The notes beneath the pieces are model-generated. The model was not told where the DNA came from. It was given only the letters and a program-made list of their open reading frames with translations, and ran no database searches. From a virus (lineage: Duplodnaviria; Caudoviricetes), in the IMG/VR virus record IMGVR_UViG_3300010352_001543: 64,000 nt of DNA; one strand, written 5' to 3'. Shown here one piece after another: positions 37,716 through 48,314 of the stretch (position 1 is the stretch's first letter; the number at the start of each line of letters is the position of its first letter). The position numbers were made by a program, and so were the translations under genes.

Positions 37716-38399
37716 TTATTTTTCCTTCTTTTTCTTGGCAGTCTTTTTGACTTTGGTTTGTTTTTTGGTTATTAATTCAAAGCTATTTGAAATCCAGTAG
37801 CTATCGACTATATCGTCCAGCGGTTTGGCTATAGCTTTTGCTTTACTATTGTCTAAGTAATTTTGGATGAGCATTTTTAGTTCGGAGTCTTTTGATTTTT
37901 CTAAAAAGAATCTAAGCATTTCTTCTTTGTCTGCACTACCGTTACCGGCTAACTTTTTAACTGTTTTGGGAGATACCACATGAACATTTAAATCATTATC
38001 TATGAAATGACCTCTCATATAATAATTGGAACCGGCAAATTGGTATAGTTTGGAAGAAGAAGACATAAAGGAGAATCCTTCAAAAATCACATCTGATATT
38101 CCATTCATATGTTCTTTGAAGTTACTGAAAGCAAAACGAGTGTTTTCAAGTATAGACTTAGTCTCCGATGTCTCAGAAGATTCATCGATTATAGGTGTTA
38201 TGTAAATTTCTACATTCGGAAGTTGATTTAATTGATCGATTAATTTTTTGGTCTTAGTATTATCACTTCCGACCAAATGAGCGGAAATAAAAACTATATA
38301 ATAATAATCGTCAATACTTTTATGAAAACAAAAACAAGGGCAGTTCAATGAGTAATCTACCCCTATGACAGGAACGAATTCGTTATCCTTGTTGCTCAT
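37716..38399 (-). CDS. RuvC-like resolvase
   Basis: IGVDYSL, IFEGFS, P.TVKK.AG.G.A.K..M, DIVDSY. Confidence 0.82.
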   Translation of the reverse strand: MSNKDNEFVPVIGVDYSLNCPCFCFHKSIDDYYYIVFISAHLVGSDNTKTKKLIDQLNQLPNVEIYITPIIDESSETSETKSILENTRFAFSNFKEHMNGISDVIFEGFSFMSSSSKLYQFAGSNYYMRGHFIDNDLNVHVVSPKTVKKLAGNGSADKEEMLRFFLEKSKDSELKMLIQNYLDNSKAKAIAKPLDDIVDSYWISNSFELITKKQTKVKKTAKKKKEK

Positions 38400-40065
38400 T
38401 CATGTTTAATTCATTTTGAATTTCCTCAACATACTTATGTAAGTACTTGGGAAATGATAGGTCGATATATTCTTGGTCATCAACGAAAATTGCTTTTCTT
38501 AATTTTGATGCCGATATATCTTCAACTTCTCTTTGAATATAAAACAAAGAGGAGTATCTTATTTCTTTATTTTTTGTTATAAAATCAAATTGCTTTTCAT
38601 AAAAAGTTTTTCTGTCTTCTCCGCAACCGATTAGAACTGGTTCAAAATTCATATATCTCATTTTTTGAATACCTTTCCCAATTAACGGAGTGTCTATAAA
38701 AACATAACCCGATATTAACTTTTCTTTTTTTACTAATGTATCCAGTATTTTTATCGTAAGTTTATCAGAAAGTATTGGTCTTTCTCTCCGGACCACAATC
38801 AAGAAAGTAGGTAATCCATTCTGTTCATACATTTTTTCAGCTACCTTTAAATGGCCATTAGAAAATGGCTGGAACTTGCCCATCATAACATTTGTTGTTT
38901 TTTCACCAACCTCAAACTTCGGGTAATCATATTCAAGTAATAAATCATCCATTTGTTGTCTAATGAGTTTTAGAATAGGAAATCGCTCAATAACGTTTTT
39001 AGAATCCGAATTCAATGTCATTATGAAATTGATAAATGCAGCTTGTACATTTGGATATTCATCTAAAGTTCTAGCTAATCTCGGAGGTGCTAATCTTTCA
39101 TTTAAAAAATTTAGTCGTCTCTTTAGATAATCCGGCAGTTCATTATAGATATCATTATTTAAACATAAATTTTCAATGTAACTGAAATTCAGAAACATAT
39201 ATGATATAATATCTATTTTTTTGATTGTATCATATTCAATAATAAATTTGTTTATTCCATTCATTAACATGTACTCAAAAATATCGAGAAGAAATCTATC
39301 GGTGGCTTTCATTTCTTTCTTCCATCCATTAGCCGGATTTTTCTTTTTATCTATAATTTCTTCTGTGAAGGTTGGATCAACTATTTTAGCAACAAAAGGT
39401 TTGTCTTTTCCCTTAAATGAAAACACCAAGCCCTCTATCGGAGAAGACAATTCATTTTGTAAATAAGATTTTTCTAATTCTGGGTTTAAAATATTATAGA
39501 TATAGCGGGTGAATCTTTCTTTTCTGAATTTCTTCTGGAGAACTGTTTCATCGGTTGACAGGAATTTCAAAAGTTTATCTTTTTGTTCGGTTGATAATTT
39601 GCCTTGAAATACTAAGGGAAGTGGGGAAAGGTTCAAGAGTGATATATAAGATTGAATTAAGTTAATATCATCCACTCTTACTTTGTCTATATAGACAGTA
39701 TGTAATACTATTTTATTTTTCGGTTCTCTATGGTAGGCAATCAGGTTTGGCTGATAGTAGTCCACGTATTCAAATTCAAACCTTATGTTATTTGGAAGTT
39801 GATCAGTGATAGTAAAATAAATGTTTTGAAAAAATAGTATGAGTGGTTCATATTCACCGGAAATCAACCTACTGAGATTGTTAATTTCTTTTGCATTTCT
39901 GCCTTTGTAAAATTTCCAATTGTTATTCGTCCATTCAGCAACGAATGTGGTTCCATCTATTTTTTCAGTTACTATGACTTCACTATCAAATAAATCGTCA
40001 ATAAAATCTTGTTTCTTTTTCGATAAACTCTTATAAAAATGATTCATCTTAAATATTCCTTTCAA
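38383..40065 (-). CDS. ligase-like nucleotidyltransferase fused to cytidylyltransferase-like domain
   Basis: TEKIDG...EGLVF...AKIVD; GKFQPFSNGH...G.DR...ISASK.R. Confidence 0.75.
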   Translation of the reverse strand: MKGIFKMNHFYKSLSKKKQDFIDDLFDSEVIVTEKIDGTTFVAEWTNNNWKFYKGRNAKEINNLSRLISGEYEPLILFFQNIYFTITDQLPNNIRFEFEYVDYYQPNLIAYHREPKNKIVLHTVYIDKVRVDDINLIQSYISLLNLSPLPLVFQGKLSTEQKDKLLKFLSTDETVLQKKFRKERFTRYIYNILNPELEKSYLQNELSSPIEGLVFSFKGKDKPFVAKIVDPTFTEEIIDKKKNPANGWKKEMKATDRFLLDIFEYMLMNGINKFIIEYDTIKKIDIISYMFLNFSYIENLCLNNDIYNELPDYLKRRLNFLNERLAPPRLARTLDEYPNVQAAFINFIMTLNSDSKNVIERFPILKLIRQQMDDLLLEYDYPKFEVGEKTTNVMMGKFQPFSNGHLKVAEKMYEQNGLPTFLIVVRRERPILSDKLTIKILDTLVKKEKLISGYVFIDTPLIGKGIQKMRYMNFEPVLIGCGEDRKTFYEKQFDFITKNKEIRYSSLFYIQREVEDISASKLRKAIFVDDQEYIDLSFPKYLHKYVEEIQNELNMNEQQG

Positions 40066-40096
40066 AGATATATAAATATGCTAATAAAACAAATAG

Positions 40097-40174
40097 AAAT
40101 CGAGTCTACTGTGTTTTACTACTCTATTTTATACGAAATATAAATAAAGATTTAAAACACAGTAGACTCGATTT
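40097..40174. repeat. 22-bp perfect inverted repeat with 34-nt loop
   Basis: AAATCGAGTCTACTGTGTTTTA / TAAAACACAGTAGACTCGATTT. Confidence 0.95.
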
Positions 40175-40196
40175 ATGAAAGAAATTTTAATTATTT

Positions 40197-40760
40197 CTAT
40201 TTTTCGAAGTGTCTTTTCAGTTCAACTGTTTCATAGGCCAATTGTATGTCAAAACTTCTGAATTCTGGCATGTTGGATGAGAAGCTAAGTTCAAGGGAAC
40301 TCAACCCAAAAAAGACAATATTTTTATAAACAATTGACATGACTATTTGACCTTCAGAGTTCAATAAATGTAACATTAAATCCGGTAGATACGCCTTTCC
40401 GTTTTTTTCCAAATCACCTGTAGTATCATAATACCTTTCCAGCTGATCTTTCATGATAAAGTAATTCAAATAATTTTCAGTACATCTAAAACTTAATGTC
40501 AGTTCCCTGGTATAACCTCTATTAGCTTCCCATCCTGATCGAAAGGATGGGATACTATTTTTAAAGGTCTGTTCTACTTTATCCAGTGCCATATCCGGCC
40601 AACTAATGGACTGAACAGTTGAATTTATAAAATCGATCACTGTAGCATAAGGTATCAATTCTGATTTCAGAAAAGGCAGATATCTATCAGTTATGGATTT
40701 ATAAATCCAGTCATTCGGTAGAGCAATAGAGAAATTATTAAACTTTGAATTTAGTAACAT
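40197..40760 (-). CDS. tail tube/completion-like protein
   Basis: VQSISWP...LTLSF...NYF...LSSLELSF...F...AY pattern. Confidence 0.6.
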   Translation of the reverse strand: MLLNSKFNNFSIALPNDWIYKSITDRYLPFLKSELIPYATVIDFINSTVQSISWPDMALDKVEQTFKNSIPSFRSGWEANRGYTRELTLSFRCTENYLNYFIMKDQLERYYDTTGDLEKNGKAYLPDLMLHLLNSEGQIVMSIVYKNIVFFGLSSLELSFSSNMPEFRSFDIQLAYETVELKRHFEK

Positions 40761-40763
40761 AGT

Positions 40764-41189
40764 TTATGCTATTGTGTAATCATCATCCATTTCAATGTAT
40801 ACTTCTGGATTTTCTAAATCTTCAACTGGTTCATTGATCATTTCTTTGATCCATTCTACCATTTCTGCTATTGCATATCTTTGGAATAATTTACTGATAT
40901 CACCGGCTGTAGAATCTTCAGGTGAATGATAAGTAATTCTATAGGTTAATTTTTTAATGGACTCAACTGAAAAAATATTTCCTTCACCTGATTTGGAGTA
41001 AGTATATACACCTTCTTTTTTCATACTCCAATCACCACGAGTGAATTCTTTTTCAAGTGCTTCTATAACTACATCGTTTGCATTCGCATCGATATATTGA
41101 ACATCTAAATTGGATGCTAAAGATGGATCTATACTTTCTTCTTCGTTTAGTTTCAAGAACCCATCATAATCTAAGATTTGGTTTTTCAT
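40764..41189 (-). CDS. putative internal head protein
   Basis: ILDYDGFLKLNEE; AATATATA at 41215-41222. Confidence 0.6.
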   Translation of the reverse strand: MKNQILDYDGFLKLNEEESIDPSLASNLDVQYIDANANDVVIEALEKEFTRGDWSMKKEGVYTYSKSGEGNIFSVESIKKLTYRITYHSPEDSTAGDISKLFQRYAIAEMVEWIKEMINEPVEDLENPEVYIEMDDDYTIA

Positions 41190-41213
41190 TTTCTTTTTTA
41201 TTTATTTTATTTA

Positions 41214-43121
41214 TTATATATTCAAAATTTTATTAACTGAGAAATCAGTTGAATATGTAAAATTTTCTATTCTGTCGATTTTTCCTGAGTACAATACCGT
41301 CTCGAATATCTTCAAGTTATTTTCCGATTTTTCAAACGTTATATTAAATATTCTATTAGTAGAGGACAACATTTTTCTCGCATTGACTGTATCAATTTGG
41401 AAAAGTAATTCATTTGAATCTATATTGTCTGTCATTCCTAAAACTTCTGTTTGGTTTTGTGATATTCTAACTTCTTTACCATCATCCAACACAAAGGTAA
41501 AATAATATTTTGAATTCTTTGATTCTGCTATACCAGCGAACGGTATTAAATTCTTGTTTGATAACTTATAGAATGAAAATTTTACAAAATTATCAAACTC
41601 ACTTAAATAAATTACACAATCACCCTGACCATAAGCTACTGAATTTGTGTACAGAGTAAAGTCGTTTATATTATCTTCAATGATTTGATTTTCGATTAAG
41701 TTATTAGGAGTTGTTACTTCTTTCACTAAATATGTTTTGCCTTCTAAGAACACTTTATTAATCTGCATTGGAAGCATTCCATTATTGCTTATAGTACCTG
41801 CATAATAATCAGTACTATTACTCAATAAGTATGGATTGTTTTCTAATTTTGATTCAAAAGTGTTCTCGGATTTTAGTATCTTGTTTACAATTTTAACCGG
41901 ATTCTGTGTATCAATATTTATCTTTGTTAAGTATCGGCCATACTTGCTTGCGTCGGGAAATGTATAAGTTGCCCTGCGAACCACATAAAAATTATCTGTT
42001 TTATCTAAAATCCTGACGGTATAATCAATAGTAAATGCTTGAGTATCCGGATGGGTTATAACAGGACGGTATTTAAAAGAGTCATTAAAATTAGTCTCTT
42101 GCATACTTGTAAATCTGTTTGTTATCTGTTCAGAATAATTTTGAGATTTATTGAAATCAAATAAATGTTCATGTAATTCAATATCATTAAACACTATGAA
42201 CTGATTATTAAATTGTCTATTTCGTTGAGCAAAATAATCTTCAAGAAATTGTCCATTGTATGTTGGGAACAACTCAAAGAAATCACCGTTGCCACTTTCC
42301 CGGATAACAGCGGCCACCCCAACAAAAAGGTCTTCTGTTTCAATTTCTGTTTTGAAATTTCCGTTGTGATCACTTATCAATGTAACTGAAGTGAGAATAT
42401 TTTGCCCTTTTGAGTCCATTTTTTGGTCAGCTATCTCAAAATATTCCAATACTAGTCGAGAGTACACTGGATCCGGAAAGTTTTTCATATTGTAACGGTA
42501 ATCATAACTCTTCATTGAATCTGCTATCTGTCCATTAATTTGATATAAGCTATCAATGTCCGGAACACAAATTTTTATGAACCGGTCGAATACCCTATCA
42601 CCTAATCTAAACGGAGTAGCATGTCTTTCTAAATCAAAATCTTTAGAAAAACCAATGTTTGCAATATAAGCATTATTTGATTTAGAATCCTTATATGATG
42701 CCCGAAGAACGATTCCTTCTAAGCCTTCAAAATTATAACCTTGAAGTATATGTACTTTAATTGTGTGATAAATTACATGAGTTTCTACTTCGAGTTGAGT
42801 TGTATTAATATTATAAAATTTTAGACCAGGGTTAAATTTCTCGAAATGACTTATTGGTTTTTCAAAATCAAATTTCAACCAATTAGATTCAGTTATCTGT
42901 TGCACTGAACGATCAAGTGAATTCCCGGTGATAACAGAAGGCCGATTTATAAAATCTTCGTGGAAATTTATAAAATTGACCGAACTGTTATAATCATTCA
43001 ATACTTTTAAAAAGTATAAATCATTACTTGAGTATACCATAGAATTGTACTCGAATTCTAATAGAACTTCTTGTCTATCTAATGCTATGAAATTTGAACT
43101 TGTTTTTAGGTTGTATGACAT
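41214..43121 (-). CDS. hypothetical, probable virion protein
   Basis: 635 aa, beta-rich. Confidence 0.6.
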   Translation of the reverse strand: MSYNLKTSSNFIALDRQEVLLEFEYNSMVYSSNDLYFLKVLNDYNSSVNFINFHEDFINRPSVITGNSLDRSVQQITESNWLKFDFEKPISHFEKFNPGLKFYNINTTQLEVETHVIYHTIKVHILQGYNFEGLEGIVLRASYKDSKSNNAYIANIGFSKDFDLERHATPFRLGDRVFDRFIKICVPDIDSLYQINGQIADSMKSYDYRYNMKNFPDPVYSRLVLEYFEIADQKMDSKGQNILTSVTLISDHNGNFKTEIETEDLFVGVAAVIRESGNGDFFELFPTYNGQFLEDYFAQRNRQFNNQFIVFNDIELHEHLFDFNKSQNYSEQITNRFTSMQETNFNDSFKYRPVITHPDTQAFTIDYTVRILDKTDNFYVVRRATYTFPDASKYGRYLTKINIDTQNPVKIVNKILKSENTFESKLENNPYLLSNSTDYYAGTISNNGMLPMQINKVFLEGKTYLVKEVTTPNNLIENQIIEDNINDFTLYTNSVAYGQGDCVIYLSEFDNFVKFSFYKLSNKNLIPFAGIAESKNSKYYFTFVLDDGKEVRISQNQTEVLGMTDNIDSNELLFQIDTVNARKMLSSTNRIFNITFEKSENNLKIFETVLYSGKIDRIENFTYSTDFSVNKILNI

Positions 43122-43132
43122 AATTTATTGAT

Positions 43133-43975
43133 TTAAAATTCCCAAATATTATAATTGATACCGAATCCTATATAAATACCTAATAATGTTGCTTGTTTAT
43201 TGTAGATATCATATCCTAAACTTGGCCCAAAGGTAAATCCAACTGAAAATTTAGTTTTGTCTTTTTTGATTGCCTCTGGTGTCAAATAATTAGTTTTAAT
43301 CAAATAACATTTTAACACTTCCGGATCAAAATTAGAAATAATATCAAACTTAATTTTCGGATTTGAGTTTCTCACATTAACATACAATAGACTATCTTTT
43401 GTCAACTCAAGTGCTGTAGTTAATGTTAAATTTAATTTATAATTCAATTTCGATTGTTCTTTGATCCAAGCCAACGTCGAATCGGTATAATTGTATTTAA
43501 CTTTAAAATCACCGAACAGGTCCAATGAGTAGTCTTTAGTTCCGTTTATATCAGCACTTGAAAAACTCTCAGTCCATCCCAATTCATATTCACCATCTTT
43601 TAATTTAACCGATGTTAATTCACCTTTCAATTGATCAATTGAATCGATTAAAGTAGTGTTTGTTTGGGTTAATGAAATAACACGATTCAATGAATTATTA
43701 TATTGTACTGTTAATACATGATAACGTTCAACAAGTCTGTTAAAATCCATTGCCAGAACTGCTACTTGTGTTTGGTACTGTCCAAGTTTGTCCTTATATA
43801 TAGTTACCTCATGCTGAGCAGCAATATCGTTTTGGTGAACTATTTGTGAGGATGCTCTAAGTTCCGCTTGTAATTGTTTATTCTTTTTATCATATTCACT
43901 TATGAAATAAATCGATGCCGATACTCCCATAAATAAAACGAAAATTATTATTAAATATACTATATCTTTTTTCAT
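43133..43975 (-). CDS. membrane-anchored coiled-coil protein (spanin-like?)
   Basis: N-terminal TM helix, coiled coil, C-terminal Gly/aromatic beta strands. Confidence 0.55.
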   Translation of the reverse strand: MKKDIVYLIIIFVLFMGVSASIYFISEYDKKNKQLQAELRASSQIVHQNDIAAQHEVTIYKDKLGQYQTQVAVLAMDFNRLVERYHVLTVQYNNSLNRVISLTQTNTTLIDSIDQLKGELTSVKLKDGEYELGWTESFSSADINGTKDYSLDLFGDFKVKYNYTDSTLAWIKEQSKLNYKLNLTLTTALELTKDSLLYVNVRNSNPKIKFDIISNFDPEVLKCYLIKTNYLTPEAIKKDKTKFSVGFTFGPSLGYDIYNKQATLLGIYIGFGINYNIWEF

Positions 43976-43980
43976 ATTTC

Positions 43981-44334
43981 TTATACTAGCGTGTGAATAT
44001 TTTCTATAGAAATTTTCAATTTGGAAGAAGCTGGATGTATTTTTTTATACATCTTGCCTGATCCATTTTTTAAGATTGTTGTAACGTATGCGAATGCATT
44101 AGTTTTAACACCGTTTATAATAGGTTTAAAGTTTTTCCAATACAGTATAATATCAAGCATAGCTCCTGCCATACAATCTTCCCTGTCGGCCGGATCTTTA
44201 TATCTTAATTTTTTGTAATGAATTTCCGTATTTATTTTCATACAAAACTGAATTGCTTTTGGTGTTAGCTCACCAGCTACAAGTGATTTCGAAAGTTCTT
44301 CATGTAGCTCACTTGCTTTAACATAATCTGCCAT
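43981..44334 (-). CDS. gp55: late sigma factor (gp55-like)
   Basis: YV...EL..E; D.ED....A......YW.NF.P...NAFAY.T. Confidence 0.8.
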   Translation of the reverse strand: MADYVKASELHEELSKSLVAGELTPKAIQFCMKINTEIHYKKLRYKDPADREDCMAGAMLDIILYWKNFKPIINGVKTNAFAYVTTILKNGSGKMYKKIHPASSKLKISIENIHTLV

Positions 44335-44405
44335 TTTTTTCCTGGAAAAATAAGTAGAGGGCTCTGTAAAATTCCGAACCCTCTATAAAAATTAATTATT
44401 TGTTA

Positions 44406-46316
44406 TTAAAATTCTACATCATCCGATGCAATAGGAATTCTGATTGTTTGACCAGTATCTGTTAATACAACTAATATACCAGCGGCGTCATCATAAGAGA
44501 TAATTTTACCTGATTGATTACCAATTTGGATTTTACGTTCCATATCAGATTGTTTACTGTTACTATTATATTGATCTGATTCTTCATCTTCATCGTTCAA
44601 GACCGTCACCATACTTACAGGAACATTTTTCTCCAAATATTCATCATGTGAATCATAGACAGTAACTTCTTCATCCATTTTTTTATCATCTTCACTATTG
44701 ATCATATCTTCAACATCGTCATCCGGATCTTCATCGTCGTTTAATACATCTTCTAATTTATCATCCTCGACTAGGCTATTAAGGCCATGTACCTGACCAT
44801 ACATCTCTTCTTTTAATTGACTTATCAACTTTTTCTTTTCCATCTGAAGATTTTTAATTTCTTCATCGATGTTGTTTTTCAAATCAATAATTTCTGGATT
44901 GTTTAACATCTCTTCATCCAAACTCAAAATTTTATCGGATTCAGTTTGAAGTGAAGTTATGGTACTTATATAACTTTGTATTTTAGAATTTAAAACATTA
45001 ATCTTAGAGATGTCGGCCTCAATCAATTTTTGTATTTCTTCTGATTGCATTTCGAAGTCTAAATTCTCTATTAGTTTTTCTCTTAATTGTAACGGGCGCA
45101 AATTCTTTTCAAATATATCAATATTCTTTATCGCATTACAAATTCTGACATCATATTTACTTTCATCTATTTTGAAAATAACCGCGTACTGGCCAGGGAA
45201 TTTTTTAGACGATATTTTCTTTGCTATATCAATCTCTACTAAATTATCAAGGTTTTCATAAATTTTCTTGATTGTATTAATCAACCTGTAATTATATTCA
45301 CTTGAATTTTCGTACACGTTTAAACTTTCATTTAAATTAAAAGTAATTTCCTTATCTCCAAAAATCATGTATTTGTCATTTTTGGTGTCCGTTCCGAGAA
45401 CAAGTCTTTTTTCATTAACTTTGAATAAAATTTCATCACCATTAACATAGCCCATATTTTCCAAAACGCTATTCATTTGTACGAAGTCGGTAGGAATGGA
45501 ATGATTTCTCGGAATCTTTTCTAATTCTTTTTTCTCGTTGATAAGATAAATATCGTTAGCCACAAAGAAGTAGTTCTCATTTATTTTTGAAGGATTGTTG
45601 TATATGATGGAGTAAACATTTTCAACTTTGAAATCACTATTAAGATGTTCATTCAAATTGATTGAATTTGGTAATTTATTTTTTAAGAAAGATTGATATT
45701 CATAAATATTTTTATCGAAGTTATATTTTTCAAGAAGTTGAACTATTTCTCTCGGAGATTTGTCTCCGTTAAAGTCATAGAAATATTCTTCCAAAATAGG
45801 GATAAGTGGTTTTATTAAATTTGATTTCGAACATTTAATATGTTCCAACATCAAATATGTTTTAAGTTCTGTTTCAGCGCTTTCAAAAATATTTCTAATC
45901 TTATCCATGTTTGTCCGGATAACTGGAATATCTTCAAATATTTTTAATTCATTTAAAAAATGTGATGCTATATTAACAGCATTCATTTTATTTGATTCTA
46001 ACAACAGTTTCAAGTTCATTAACTTGTAGTTAAGAATCAAATTATTTTTAAATTGAGAGTTATTTTCGAAAATATTTTGTATGATTGCCGGTATATGCAT
46101 TGTCTCAAATATTCTTTCCTTCTCTATGATATTAATAAAGCGTTTGACTTCTTTATTCCTATCGATTTTGGATGTTTTGGCTTCCGCCAAAACGCTGGTT
46201 CTAAATTTATCTAGATTTACACTGTAATTTTCTAGAACTTCTAATTGTTTTGCCGCAAAGTCTTTTACTTCTTGTTTTTTTGAAACTTTGTACAATAATT
46301 CTAATTGTCTTTTCAT
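44406..46316 (-). CDS. hypothetical late protein, possibly head core
   Basis: AATATATA upstream; several LxE sites; coiled coil. Confidence 0.55.
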   Translation of the reverse strand: MKRQLELLYKVSKKQEVKDFAAKQLEVLENYSVNLDKFRTSVLAEAKTSKIDRNKEVKRFINIIEKERIFETMHIPAIIQNIFENNSQFKNNLILNYKLMNLKLLLESNKMNAVNIASHFLNELKIFEDIPVIRTNMDKIRNIFESAETELKTYLMLEHIKCSKSNLIKPLIPILEEYFYDFNGDKSPREIVQLLEKYNFDKNIYEYQSFLKNKLPNSINLNEHLNSDFKVENVYSIIYNNPSKINENYFFVANDIYLINEKKELEKIPRNHSIPTDFVQMNSVLENMGYVNGDEILFKVNEKRLVLGTDTKNDKYMIFGDKEITFNLNESLNVYENSSEYNYRLINTIKKIYENLDNLVEIDIAKKISSKKFPGQYAVIFKIDESKYDVRICNAIKNIDIFEKNLRPLQLREKLIENLDFEMQSEEIQKLIEADISKINVLNSKIQSYISTITSLQTESDKILSLDEEMLNNPEIIDLKNNIDEEIKNLQMEKKKLISQLKEEMYGQVHGLNSLVEDDKLEDVLNDDEDPDDDVEDMINSEDDKKMDEEVTVYDSHDEYLEKNVPVSMVTVLNDEDEESDQYNSNSKQSDMERKIQIGNQSGKIISYDDAAGILVVLTDTGQTIRIPIASDDVEF

Positions 46317-46369
46317 TTGGATTATCTGATTTTTTTATAAATAGTGTTGTATAGTATATATTACTTGTA

Positions 46370-47245
46370 CTATTTATCCGTTATTTTTGTGGTCGGTTTT
46401 CCGAATCGATCCACCTTATGTATATTATTGTCCAAATTTGCTTGGTTTAATGCATCTATATTAGAATTATTTGTCTTTTTATTTAATGTGTTCAACTCAT
46501 CTATACTAAAATAGCCTGAACGATCTACAGAATTTGCGTCATCATAATTAAAATTAATAAAGAATTCCAGTATTTGTTCTTTCATAGAGAAAGTGGTTGA
46601 TTCGTCTATAATTGGATAATAGGTTGCGATTTCAAGAGGAATAATCAATCGTTTTTCTGGTTCGGTACCAAATGATATCTCATCCGGTTTCTTTGATTCA
46701 GGGTCCACCGGGAAACCAATGTAAGCTTCACAATGAATTCCTGATTGAAGAAAATGCACTTTCCTTACCCGGAAGAAAATGTCCCAAAACTTTTGAAGCA
46801 TTTTCCAATTATTAATTTTGGTGTCTGATATAATTTCTATTTCCATTGATATTGATAATGGAACAAAATTTATATGGGAACTATACATTTTTATTTGACT
46901 ATCTTGAATTTTTTGGTGCAATCCTCGTATGAACCGGGACGTCAATTCTGATTCATCAATACTGACATTCGATATGGTCAGCACTCCGCGTGGAACAACT
47001 TCATAATTTCCTTCAGCTATGATATCATCCAATAATTCATTTACCGTTTGGTTTTGGAACAGGTCTTGCATGAATCGTTCATCTCCGGTCAAATCATAAA
47101 GGAATGGCACCCTGTACTCATTCTCCTTATCCTTAAAAATACTATTTATAGAAAACTTAGTAGAATTTAATAAGTTTAATACTGCCAAAATTAAATTTCT
47201 AAGAAAAACATCATCGGTGTTATATTTTTTTAATACTTCTTTCAT
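46370..47245 (-). CDS. tail terminator/sheath stabilizer (gp15-like)
   Basis: VPF.Y...ERF...VPRG...VP..I. Confidence 0.72.
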   Translation of the reverse strand: MKEVLKKYNTDDVFLRNLILAVLNLLNSTKFSINSIFKDKENEYRVPFLYDLTGDERFMQDLFQNQTVNELLDDIIAEGNYEVVPRGVLTISNVSIDESELTSRFIRGLHQKIQDSQIKMYSSHINFVPLSISMEIEIISDTKINNWKMLQKFWDIFFRVRKVHFLQSGIHCEAYIGFPVDPESKKPDEISFGTEPEKRLIIPLEIATYYPIIDESTTFSMKEQILEFFINFNYDDANSVDRSGYFSIDELNTLNKKTNNSNIDALNQANLDNNIHKVDRFGKPTTKITDK

Positions 47246-47859
47246 TAATTTTTACTTTTATTTAGATCGTAGTATTCAAACACTTCTTCTAATTGATCAA
47301 TATTAGCTATTTTATGTGACCACCAACCACCGCCTGCTTTTTCTTCTTTTTCTTCTTTATCTGCATATTCTTTCGAAGTAACGTCTATATAAAATGTCTT
47401 TGGCTCAAATGGAAAACTTTTAATGTTTTGACTATACGATATTTCTTGACCATATTTTTCAGTATATTCTTCTGGAACATCCGCCCAACCAGAAAAACAA
47501 TGACCATCTTCTTCTTTAAAAATGATAGCGTCTAAATAATGAGGAGTATCATCAATACCATTTTTGAAAATTTTACCACATCTTTTGTTTTGATACCAAG
47601 TTTCGTTTTCTTTAGAATAAAATTCAATCCATTCATCATCTTCACCTGTAACTGGAGTAATAGGTATATACATACACAATTTTCCAACTACACTTGATAT
47701 AATTTTTGATACGTATGGAGCTGAACCTCCAGATTGTCCACTTTCTGCAAATTTATTAATTAATGCTAATATCTCATCTTTGAATTCTAAGACTACTGCT
47801 CCTGGCATATGTTTTTCAAGAATATCAAATTCTTGTTCTGCAAATGATTTTAAATTCAT
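47245..47859 (-). CDS. conserved phage hypothetical protein
   Basis: F...GQSGGSA...P.TGEDDEW...QNKR. Confidence 0.7.
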   Translation of the reverse strand: MNLKSFAEQEFDILEKHMPGAVVLEFKDEILALINKFAESGQSGGSAPYVSKIISSVVGKLCMYIPITPVTGEDDEWIEFYSKENETWYQNKRCGKIFKNGIDDTPHYLDAIIFKEEDGHCFSGWADVPEEYTEKYGQEISYSQNIKSFPFEPKTFYIDVTSKEYADKEEKEEKAGGGWWSHKIANIDQLEEVFEYYDLNKSKN

Positions 47860-47879
47860 TTATTTCTCTTCTATTAAAT

Positions 47880-48305
47880 TTATATTTCTTTTAATTGTTT
47901 TTTCATTTTTGTCCAATTACTATCTTCGTGTTCATTTTCCGGATAATATTCATATCCACGTCTAATGTACCAATCATACTGCCAAGTATTTTTATCTACC
48001 CATAAATAAGAACATTTAGCACCTAATTGTATTCCTAAATTTTCTCTAACTTCTTGTAATCTGGTTCCATATCCTTTTTTTCTATGATATGTATTAACAT
48101 TCATGTTACTTAATATGATAGAATCATTATAATCACCTTCAAAATACCAGTTTAATAAAGCAACTGCATTTCCATTCTTTTCCATGAAATACAAAGTTTG
48201 ACCTCCGTAGTTACCTTCAGATAAAAATAGAATATAATCATCTAAAAAGTGCTTATCTATATTTTTGATCAGATCCTTACATGTCTGAATTTCAACTTTT
48301 TCCAT
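47880..48305 (-). CDS. GNAT acetyltransferase
   Basis: V...HRKKGYGT.L; WY.RRGY. Confidence 0.82.
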   Translation of the reverse strand: MEKVEIQTCKDLIKNIDKHFLDDYILFLSEGNYGGQTLYFMEKNGNAVALLNWYFEGDYNDSIILSNMNVNTYHRKKGYGTRLQEVRENLGIQLGAKCSYLWVDKNTWQYDWYIRRGYEYYPENEHEDSNWTKMKKQLKEI

Positions 48306-48314
48306 TTTATTCCT

